Positions 12,077-22,327 of a stretch of 64,000 nucleotides of DNA are shown here, one piece after another; positions within the stretch are counted from its first letter, which is position 1; each line of letters starts with the position of its first letter. A model generated the notes under the pieces. The model was given only the letters and a program-made list of their open reading frames with translations, made no database searches and was not told the origin of the DNA. This DNA is from Eledone cirrhosa (Eukaryota), in contig OZ024743.1 of the NCBI GenBank assembly GCA_964016885.1, positions 225,308,001 to 225,372,000 of the forward strand, given 5' to 3'. A program made the translations under genes and the position numbers.

Positions 12077-12259
12077 GGTGGCTGCCAACTCGTTTTCGAG
12101 TACGGCCACTACTTTATATCCATGTAGGAGAACCCTTACTGATGCGCTGAACGAGTGTGACTTTTTAGTCCAGCCAGCGATTTGAAAACTCTGGTACAAA
12201 CACTACACTTATGACAATTATTGATACATAGTGCTGGGCCCATGGTACCATGTGACGAC
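12077..12259 (-). mobile_element. Second, 5'-truncated copy of the element at 4772-4955
   Basis: Highly similar to 4772-4955; encodes [22 protein letters not shown]. Confidence 0.85.
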
Positions 12260-12319
12260 ATATATATATATATATACATACATACATACATATATACATA
12301 TACATACATACATATACAT

Positions 12320-12376
12320 ATGATGGCTGCCCCCTCGTTATCGAGTATGGCCATTGCACAAGAAAAAAAAAAAAAA

Positions 12377-12408
<32 letters not shown>

Positions 12409-12424
12409 TTAAAAAAAACAGGGA

Positions 12425-12466
<42 letters not shown>

Positions 12467-12522
12467 CATACACATACACACATACATATATACACACACA
12501 TACATACACATACATTAATAAC

Positions 12523-12562
<40 letters not shown>

Positions 12563-13791
12563 GCAATAATAATAATAACGACAACAACAATAATAATATA
12601 CATATTCATATATATATACACACACACGCACGCACATAAGCATATCTACACACACACACACACACACGATAGCAACTAACAGTGCTGCGATCGAATGTGG
12701 CTTTTTAGCCCAGCCAATGATCTAAAATGTCTTGCACAGAGTCGGCAACCAAAACATTTACTGGGAATAGTCGGCTGTGGTTGGAGTTCGTGTACTTTTG
12801 CATGTCGCTTGAGTCCTCCTGCTGATTTACATTCTCTACCACATGTTTGGCAAGCATGATGAGTAGCATCTCCAACAGCAGCCTGGTAGTCAACCACTGG
12901 TCTTACTTCATGACTGCGAAGATGACTTTCGAGTCCAGCTTTGCTTAGGCAGAGTCTCGCACAGACGCTGCATGTCAGAACCATAGGAGGACCCTCGCCG
13001 TCTGGAAGTGCAACAGCAATGCCCTTCCTCACGTCCCGCTTTACTTTCTCGTGTGCGATTCGAGATGCCTCAAAGGCAACTTTTCCCTCATATACAGTCT
13101 TTCTCCATTTATTACGATCAGCAGCAATATTTTCCCATGTATCAGCACAGAGATGTTAGCGTCTTTCAGAGAGGCTTTCAAGGAATCCTTATACCTCTTT
13201 TTTGGTTTATGTGGCGGTCGTTTTCCTTTAACTAACTCTCCATATAAAAGTTGTTTTGGTATTCTAGAATCCTTCATCCTGGCAAGGTGACCACTCCAAC
13301 AAAGTCGTTGCTTAAGCACAAGAGCTTCTATACTGTCACACATAGAGCTTTCCAAAATCTCGACATCACTGATGTGGTCCCTCCAGTGAACGCCATGGAT
13401 CCGTCTGAGACACATCTGATGGAAACGCTCCAATTGCTTAAGGTGGTGTCGATATGTGACCCAGGTCTCGCAGGATTAAAGAAGAGAAGAGAGCACACAT
13501 GCCTTGTACACCTTTACCTTTGTCTCGCCGACCCCAGAGTTGCCTTTCTAATTTTCCGAAAGCATCACTTGCTTTCCTAATCCAAAGTGAAATTTCACTA
13601 TCAAGGTTGCTGTATCGATTGACAGTGTTTCCCAGGTAGACAAACTGATCAACCACTCCAAGTCGTTTACAATACACATAGATATTTGGTTCACTGTACT
13701 GCTTACCAGGGGCAGGTTGGTACATGACGACGGTTTTCTTGAGACTGACAGTCAATCGTAGGGCAGTGCAAGCGTCAGAAAATGCATTCAA
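12320..13791 (-). mobile_element. BovB-like RTE LINE 3' part with three C-terminal C2H2 fingers
   Basis: KKTVVMYQP..FVYLG, ERFHQMCLRRI, WSGHLARM..RIPKQLLYGEL, then three CxxC..H..H units; the probable tail at 12320-12362 is separated by simple repeats. Confidence 0.85.
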
Positions 13792-16090
13792 AATGCAGGT
13801 TGTCATTAGGAAATCTAATGACAACCTGCATTACATCCACCGCCAGTCGAACCACCCTAGAAACATCACCGATAACCTGGTTAAAAACATCTCCCTCCAC
13901 ATATCTTGTCTGTCCGCTAATGAGCAGATATTCGATGAACATGCACCTTATTACAACTAGGCCCTCAAGCAGAGTGGCTTCCGAGAGGAAATATCCTATC
14001 ATCCAGCTTCCATTAGCGGAACCAGCAGGTGACACCGCCGCTTATGCAACGTAATTTGGTTCAATCCTCCCCACAATGCCGAGGTGACAACACCTATCGG
14101 GAAAATTTTCTTTAGGCTCATCGAAAAACACTTCCCACTACAACACCGCTACCACAACATAATCAACAAAAACACCATTAAACTCTCCTACAGCACCACA
14201 CCTAACTTTGCACAAAACATTGTCTCCTCTAACAACAAAAAACTCAATCCCTATGGAAGAAATAACCGAGACAGCAGTGGAGAGCCGACCAGGAGGTGCA
14301 GCTGTCCTGATAGATCCATTTTCCCCCTCAACAACAGATGCCGAGATCGTAATGTGATCTACCAGTGCAACGTGAGGACGGACACCTCCAACAAAGCCTA
14401 TATAGGATTAACCGCTTGTGACTTCAAGACCCGGCTCTACCTACACAGACATACTTCCCGAACCCGGCCCGGCGTCACACCACTACACTCTCGGGCCACA
14501 TCTGGGACCTCAAAGATAATAATATAACATACAATCTCACTTGGAGCTTACTGTCCAGAGCTAACTCTTACATGGGAGGACGGCGTCCGTGTAACTTATG
14601 CTCGGAGGAAACATTACAAATGCTGTTTTCGAAGGACCAACTCCTAAACAAGAAAGATGAACTGGTAACTGCATGCAAACACAGATTGCGTAGGACTTAC
14701 CTCGCCCTCAAACCCCATAATGATCGGGTGGGGGTGGGGGTGGGGGGGTTAGACAAGGGCTGAACACCCCACTTGCCGACTTTGTAAGGGGTAACCCCTG
14801 CTTACAGAGGTAGATGTAACTTTTTTTTTTTTTTTATCTTTTCCTCTATAGTTCCTTCTTCCCTCCATCTCTTCCTAGTCCTTCAACCCCAGATCTCTTT
14901 TCTTGTCGTCTCTTTTTTTTCAACGTTTCGCCCACCCCGATGCAGCCCATCGGTCCTCTGTAGCCTCAGCCCCCCCCCCCCCCAATTTTAAGATAGAATT
15001 GGCCGATTATGCTTTTTATAGCAGATGTGTTAGACCCCTTCTTTCTGGTTGCTGCTCCATTTCCGTGATTTCTAAATTTCTTAATGGTATTTCTGCATTG
15101 GTATTCTTGTATTAGTATTTATTGTATTAGTATTCTGAATTAATATTTCGTATTAGTTTTTTAGTATGTTTGCCCTCAACTTATTAACCTGTCATTGTAA
15201 GATAGCATTGGCTGATTATTACTAACTATTGCAGTGGTGTTTGACACCTGTAAAGATGGCTTTATAAAATTTTTAGTGGTATTTTTGCTTTAGTATTCTT
15301 GGTATTAGTATGTATTAGCATTCTGAATTAATAGTTCATATTAGATTTTTAGTATGTTTGTCCTCAACTTATTAACCTGTCATTGTAAGATAGCATTGGC
15401 TGATTACTACTAACTTTTGCAGTGGTGTCAGACCCCCTGTAAAGATGGCTTTATAAAGTGCTTTCACTACAATCCCGTATTTAGCATTTTTCACCACCTA
15501 TTAAACTTTTCTATAGCTTAACAATACCAATGAGAGATTTGGGGATTATGGGGATGGAATAGTAACCAGAAATTGCTGTTTGTTTATATAATTGTTTTTT
15601 TTATATATTTATCTCCTCATCTTTATAATGGCTCGTTTGTTTACTCCCTTTCCATTTACCTAGTTTTTCAACCCCCCTCCCCTTCTCCAGTACAATTTTT
15701 TCGACCTTCTATACACTATCCTTAGAATCTGCTGTATAGATTTCACTTGACTGGGCTTCCCCCACACCCTCTTTGTTCTACCTGCAAGTTCAGCTACGCC
15801 TACCCTACCTTCACTAAATGCCATGATAGAATCAACCGTCTTTACAACAATTTTTTGACCAATCCTCTTGACAATTACTATCTTCCCATATATGGAATTA
15901 CCCCCTGAGAAGTTTGGGTATTTATTTACAAGGCTAAAAATTCTTATTTAGTCCAGAATTAGTTGTCGAAACGGCTTGAGCTCTGTCGTCGAGGTCATAC
16001 TTGCTCCTATTACCCACTCTACTACCCTAAGTATTGAGTACTTTGGTGCACTATGGTCTATCTGGTTCCTTACCACATTTCCTTCGTTTC
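13792..16090 (+). mobile_element. 5'-truncated Naiad-type Penelope-like element
   Basis: SNHP, WFNPP, IKLSYSTTPN, CSCPDRSIFPLNNRC, VIYQC..AYIGLT..FKTR, CNLC..E, CKH; long 3' UTR. Confidence 0.85.
14985..15457 (+). repeat. ~190-bp tandem duplication (about 2.5 units) in the Penelope 3' UTR
   Basis: CCTCAACTTATTAACCTGTCATTGTAAGATAGCATTGGCTGATTA occurs at ~15174 and ~15362, with a diverged third unit upstream. Confidence 0.85.
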
Positions 16091-16094
16091 ATAC

Positions 16095-16145
<51 letters not shown>

Positions 16146-16220
16146 CATACATATATATATATACATACATATATATATATATACATACATATATATATAC
16201 ATACATATATATATACATAC

Positions 16221-16255
<35 letters not shown>

Positions 16256-16260
16256 CATAC

Positions 16261-16295
<35 letters not shown>

Positions 16296-16300
16296 CATAC

Positions 16301-16353
<53 letters not shown>

Positions 16354-16374
16354 TATACATATATATATACATAC

Positions 16375-16405
<31 letters not shown>

Positions 16406-16418
16406 CATATATATATAC

Positions 16419-16449
<31 letters not shown>

Positions 16450-16537
16450 CATATATATACATATATATATGCATACACATATATATATACATACATATAT
16501 ATATACACATATATATATATATACATATATACACATA

Positions 16538-16597
<60 letters not shown>

Positions 16598-16654
16598 CAT
16601 ACATATATATATACACATATATATATATATATACACATATATATATACACACAT
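16090..16654. repeat. (TA)/(TACA)n microsatellite
   Basis: Direct reading. Confidence 0.97.
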
Positions 16655-17206
16655 ATATTTATTAAAATAACAGATTAAAGTTTAAGCAAAGAATCGCTGC
16701 TTTCACCCTTAACGGGATCTTCTGAAACTAACAAAGTCAATCTGTAAACGCAGAACTGGATATTTCAAAAAACGTTGCAACCGGAGGAAGACAGGAAGAC
16801 GATATTTTGGTTCGTGGTAACGTTCACTGGCAAAGAACGGGAAAAAACGAATAATACGTCATTAATAGGAGCGGTGAAAAACAATTACGCGCAAAGACAA
16901 AACCACGTTTATGGTATAAAAGAGGTCGTAGACTAATGTTCTCTTAGGTGGGGCATAGAGACGTTCTCTGGCAATGAACGAAAAAACGAAGATAATAAGT
17001 CATATGTGGAGCGTGGAGAACAATAGCACGTAAAGACAAAACCACGTAAATGGTATAGCAGAAATCGTAAACTAAAATTCTAACTAGGAGACCAAATGAA
17101 TCTCCGCTACAGAGTTAAGAACAAAGTAAATAAATACAATACAGAAGTAATAGAAACAAATAAATACATACACGCAAACAGATACGTACATACACAAGCA
17201 TACGCA
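16655..17206 (-). repeat. Left inverted repeat arm (reverse complement of 19539-20090)
   Basis: 552 bp with only a handful of mismatches by eye. Confidence 0.95.
16679..16729 (-). ncRNA. Hammerhead-like ribozyme with variant core (left-arm copy)
   Basis: Reverse complement of 20016-20066. Confidence 0.6.
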
Positions 17207-17691
17207 TCAAATTTCGGAATAGGAGCAATTCCTTCCAGCAAGACCTTAAGAATAGAATTCGTTCTATTAAGGATTCTAACGCCGTGCACGTCCATTCCGA
17301 CAAAACTGGCAACCTATATCAAGTGGAGCGCAGTACTTACCATCAACTACTACATAATGCTGTAACTAAGGATTACCGTAAAACTAATCGGTGCGTCATC
17401 AATGAAATCAACGATGCTGGGTTTAAAATCACATCTGATCTCAACATCCTGGACCGGACCGAACCTCTGGACCCTATCTCTCCCCACTTTACCCTGAAGG
17501 ATCACAAATCCAATTTTTCCGAACAACCCCTCTATTCGGCTTATTAACCCTACGAAGTCCGATTTAGGTAGACTTAGTAAAACGATTCTTGATAGAATTA
17601 TACCTGAAATTATAAGTTTGGCCCCTCTCGCACTGTGGAACAATTCTTTCGCGGTGATTGATTGGTTCAACGGCATATGTAACAAGGAACA

Positions 17692-18525
17692 TTGCGTTTT
17701 ATCCAATTCGACATCAACAATTACTACTCCTCCATCACTTTACCACTTCTCCTTAGAGCTATGAATTTCGCTAAAACACTCACAGTAGTTAAGGATTCTG
17801 AAGTTGATGTCATCCTTAATGCCCGAAAGTCGGTGATTAATTTCGACGACTCTATTTGGATTAAAAAATCCAATAGTACCCCATTCGACGTGAGTATGGG
17901 CGCCAGTGACTCTGCGGAGGTTACTGATCTTATTGGCCTTTTCCTTCTTTTCTCTATCAAGGACGAATTCCCCAACGCGGGCAGTGGTTTGTACCGTGAC
18001 GATGGTCTTTTGACCATGACTAAGTGCGGACCTCGTGCTTGCGACAGGTTCAGAAAAGAACTCACAGCCTTCTTTAAAGGCTTCAACCTCTCTATACAGG
18101 TTGAGGCCAATCTCTTGGTCGTTAATTACCTCGACGTTACCCTCAATTTATTGAAAGGGTTGTATTACCCGTATAGAAAGCCGAATGATACGCTTAATTA
18201 CATAAGTAAGCATTCCAACCATCCTGCCAGCATAACCAAGAACCTGGTAAAAAACGTTTCGTTGAGGCTTTCCCGTCTTTCCACCAACGAGCGCATTTTC
18301 AACGACCATTCCACTTATTACAATGACGCTCTTGCTCGAAGTGGATTTGTCGATAAGGTAGCATATACAGAGTACGAAAATAGACCTAGAAGAAATAGAT
18401 CCCGTCACATTTGTTGGTTTAACCCACCATATAATATGGAGGTGGCCACACCATTAGCTAAGATCTTTATTTCCCTTATTACGAAGCATTTTCCCCCTAC
18501 ACATAAATATAGTAAAAATTTTTAA
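17692..18525 (+). CDS. Penelope/Naiad reverse transcriptase core (part of a frameshifted ORF spanning ~17207-19080)
   Basis: YRDD catalytic motif, NYLDVTLNL, YRKPN, SNHP, WFNPPY. Confidence 0.9.
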   Translation: MRFIQFDINNYYSSITLPLLLRAMNFAKTLTVVKDSEVDVILNARKSVINFDDSIWIKKSNSTPFDVSMGASDSAEVTDLIGLFLLFSIKDEFPNAGSGLYRDDGLLTMTKCGPRACDRFRKELTAFFKGFNLSIQVEANLLVVNYLDVTLNLLKGLYYPYRKPNDTLNYISKHSNHPASITKNLVKNVSLRLSRLSTNERIFNDHSTYYNDALARSGFVDKVAYTEYENRPRRNRSRHICWFNPPYNMEVATPLAKIFISLITKHFPPTHKYSKNF

Positions 18526-19538
18526 TAGAAATACTATTAAAATTTCTTACTCTACGACTCCTAACCTTGCACATAACATCACAGCTTCAAATTTAGCTAA
18601 ACTACCTAGCCGTAGGAACACGTGCAACCCTATAGTTAGTACTAACTGTAATTGTAGGAATCGGGCTGATTGCTCCCTATCCGGGAAATGCCTCTCTAGT
18701 AACATTGTCTACAAATGTAAGGTTGTAACACCCACGTCCCGTAGGGCCTACATAGGGTTAACCGCCAATAGTTTCAAGCAGCGTCTTTACATGCATACCC
18801 ATTCTTTTCGTTACCCTCTAAGAAGGAATATGACGTCACTTTCAGCTTATATCTGGAGTCTAAAAGACAACCACACCCAATATAAGTTACACTGGGAGAT
18901 CCTAGCTAGGGCTAGATCGTATAACGGAAATAAAAGACCATGTGACCTCTGCGCCGCTGAGGCCCTGGAAATACTCTACGCTACAGACCACATCTTAAAC
19001 AAAAAATCTGAGGCAATTTCGGCTTGTAAACATAAATTGCACAAAACTTTCCTGTATTACAGCCCCACGTTATACCCTAACGGATCGCACGATCTATACG
19101 TGGATATTTTACGTCTTGATGTGGGAGCTAAGTATATGTTTTGTTTATTCCTTTACTTATTTGCATAGGTAAGTATATATTACCCGTATGTTTTGTGAAG
19201 GTATGTATACCTTCTCGTACGTATATTTGACTGTTATAGCGTATAATTTTTACATATTCTGGTATTTAGGGTTTGGCTATGTGTATACGGGAGTTTTGCG
19301 TCCGCGTGAGTGTGCAGGTTCGTACGTATGGTGGGTGTGTGTATATGTGTACTTCTTGTTTTAGTTGACTTAAGTCTCCGAACATTCGTGTATTTATATG
19401 TAGGTATGCGTGTGCGCTTGTTATATACGTATTTATTTACTTATATACGCTTATATAATTATTTATTTATTCGGACGCAAGCATACACACACGCACATAT
19501 TCATATGTGCGTGGTTTTGTATACCCATGGTAAGGTTT

Positions 19539-20090
19539 TGCGTATGCTTGTGTATGTACGTATCTGTTTGCGTGTATGTATTTATTTGTTTCTATTACTT
19601 CTGTATTGTATTTATTTACTTTGTTCTTAACTCTGTAGCGTAGATTCATTTGGTCTCCTAGTTAGAATTTTAGTCTACGATTTCTGCTATACCATTTACG
19701 TGGTTTTGTCTTTACGTGCTATTGTTCTCCACGCTCCACATATGACTTATTATCTTCGTTTTTTCGTTCATTGCCAGAGAACGTCTCTATGCACCACCTA
19801 AGAGAACATTAGTCTACGACCTCTTTTATACCATAAACGTGGTTTTGTCTTTGCGCGTAATTGTTTTTCACCGCTCCTATTAATGACGTATTATTCGTTT
19901 TTCCCCGTTCTTTGCCAGCGAACGTTACCACGAACCAAAGTATCGTCTTCCTGTCTTCCTCCGGTTGCAACGTTTTTTGAAATATCCAGTTCTGCGTTTA
20001 CAGATTGACTTTGTTAGTTTCAGAAGATCCCGTTAAGGGTGAAAGCAGCGATTCTTTGCTTAAACTTTAATCTGTTATTTTAATAAATAT
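19539..20090 (+). repeat. Right arm / 3' pLTR
   Basis: Reverse complement of 16655-17206. Confidence 0.95.
20016..20066 (+). ncRNA. Type I hammerhead-like ribozyme with CAGAAGA core
   Basis: AGTTT-CAGAAGA-TCCC gttaa GGGT-GAAA-GCA gcgattctt TGC-TT-AAACT: all three stems can form. Confidence 0.6.
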
Positions 20091-20977
20091 TTGCTCTACA
20101 GTTCTTATATATTTGATATATATTTTCCTTATCGAGCCCTCTTTGGATTTTAGTCTTCAATTTTATTATTATTACTATACACATATATATATATACATAC
20201 ATATATATATACACATATATATATACACATATATATATATACACACACATATATACATATATATATATACATATATATAAATATAAATAAGTTTATTGCT
20301 TAAGTTAAGAAACTTGTTTTCTGTAAATTTCTGAGTGAAATGTATTAAGTTGATTATAAGAATAAATTGGAAAGTAATATATTTCTCTATGCTTCTATTG
20401 AATATGTGCCATGATGTCTTTTTTTCAACAACTGTGTATAGTGTATATTAAAATAAACAAAACAGAAATGTTTGTTTCGTTTGTTTTTAATGTTAGTAAT
20501 CAGACCTTTCTTCAACATTTGGAAAGATGTCCAACACAGAAAATATATTATGAAATAGCTACCTGAAGGAATAAAGTAGGTAAAATGATGAATAACATTT
20601 TATTCAGCACCCCACCCATCCATTCATCTATCTATCTATCTATCTAACGCCAATAACACCAGCATCAAAGACAACAACAACACCAAGGAAAATACGGATG
20701 ATACCAACATCGGTGATAACAAGAATAACAACAACAATAACAACAATAATGACAACACCACCAATATGGATTCCACAAAGAAACCAAAAATCTCCTTTGC
20801 AGAGAAAGTTCAAAAGAAAGAAGAATTGATATATCTCGACATAACAAATGCTGAACAACTTTTAAAGGACGCTAAGAGATATGTCACTTTCGAAAAAAAT
20901 GGTGCTTTCGCAAGGAAACTGCTCTCAAAACGATAGTTTTTAGGACAGTTTCCAATTCTACCCGAAAACCAGTCCAA

Positions 20978-22294
20978 TTGTCACAGAAAGAAATTGAACT
21001 GGTTTTCAAAAATTCAATGAATGATATTGCATTCATTCAAAGAAGCAAACTTTTTGGGAGTATTTTGGTACTCATGAAGGATCAATTGACGGCCCAAAAT
21101 TACTCTGTGTCGCCAATTGTATCCAACCTGTACACCTTTTCCCCTACATACATGGGAAAAAGGACACAAAAGATCAGAATCACGAGTGTCACACCAAAGG
21201 TGAAGAACATATGGTGGATACTGTGCGGCTTCATCAATTTTGATGAAGACAGAATACTGTCAGTAGGAAAGTCCCCCAGAGATGTATTCAATAGCACTAG
21301 CATTGAAGTTCTGGTGCAAATGAGCCCAGAGCGAATAGCTATGATCCCACAGCGTGTACTCCTGGACGGACTCACCTACATAAACTTTTCGGTTGAGGGT
21401 AGGCGGCCTTCATGTTACCATTGCTTTAGCAGGGGTCACCTGAGGGCTTCCTGTCCTAAATTAATGAACCAAAAAAAGGCTCTTCTGCCGACACCCATCA
21501 AAACAACACAACCACCAACAGCAACACAACAACAACACCAACACACAAAAATAACCACAACAAACACAGTCCCACCCAACCCCACTCCACCTAAAACCAC
21601 TGCAAAATCACATACAGACACAACAGCTCCCCAAGACATACCCCTCCCCAATCACACAGACGATACAACAGATGAGGCTATCTCGCCATCACCCAGTGAA
21701 GACGAGGGAGAACCCCATCGCTCGAAAAGAAAGAAAAGACATCACAAAAGCAAAAAACCAGCAAACACTACCACAAACATACAACCACCAACACAAACAA
21801 CAAAAACATCACAAACAAAACCCCCACCTCCTGAAAACAAAATACCTACAACAAAACGAAAGCACGCACAAGAACTACAGACAAAAACAAACACAACACA
21901 AGAAAATTACACTTACACTTACATAAACACTGAAAACAAAACACTAATGGAGACCATCACGAACGACCCTTCGGTTTTCACCGAAGGGAAAACTTTCGCC
22001 CACTCTATTAAAAATAGCAAAAAACTGAACCTAAAACTGATTAGGGTCCCTATACAAACTTATAGGTCCCTAAAAGAAACATTTGAGAAGGATGTGGGGA
22101 ATTCCTGCGTGAAACCACTCAACCGCGTCCTTCTCAAATGCCTCCCCACCCCAGACACCCCCATCCCACCAGACCCCACCCCACCAAACATCTGCGTCCC
22201 CACCCCGCCGGAAACCACCACCCATCCAGACAACCCCTCCAACACCCCCATGGAAATCGTGCGGCCTGGTCCCCAGGAGGCGAAGGGTGAGTGA
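20978..22294 (+). CDS. LINE ORF1 (gag-like zinc-knuckle protein); probably starts near 20767 before a frameshift
   Basis: VEGRRPSCYHCFSRGHLRASCP followed by a Pro/Thr-rich region. Confidence 0.8.
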   Translation: MSQKEIELVFKNSMNDIAFIQRSKLFGSILVLMKDQLTAQNYSVSPIVSNLYTFSPTYMGKRTQKIRITSVTPKVKNIWWILCGFINFDEDRILSVGKSPRDVFNSTSIEVLVQMSPERIAMIPQRVLLDGLTYINFSVEGRRPSCYHCFSRGHLRASCPKLMNQKKALLPTPIKTTQPPTATQQQHQHTKITTTNTVPPNPTPPKTTAKSHTDTTAPQDIPLPNHTDDTTDEAISPSPSEDEGEPHRSKRKKRHHKSKKPANTTTNIQPPTQTTKTSQTKPPPPENKIPTTKRKHAQELQTKTNTTQENYTYTYINTENKTLMETITNDPSVFTEGKTFAHSIKNSKKLNLKLIRVPIQTYRSLKETFEKDVGNSCVKPLNRVLLKCLPTPDTPIPPDPTPPNICVPTPPETTTHPDNPSNTPMEIVRPGPQEAKGE

Positions 22295-22327
22295 TCTCTT
22301 TTCCTCTTTTAACTTTTCAACACCAAC

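Larger units (their letters stand above)
16655..20175 (+). mobile_element. Naiad-type Penelope-like element with 552-bp inverted pLTR
   Basis: RT (SDKTGN, LKDHK, QFDINNYYSSI, SMGASDSAEV, GLYRDD), CNCRNRADCSLSGKC linker, GIY-YIG (IVYKC..AYIGLT..FKQR), CDLC, CKH; a few frameshifts. Confidence 0.92.

Noticed and set aside
16655-20090. DNA transposon with long TIRs
   Set aside because: Encodes a Penelope RT/EN; the right arm is the element's own 3' UTR
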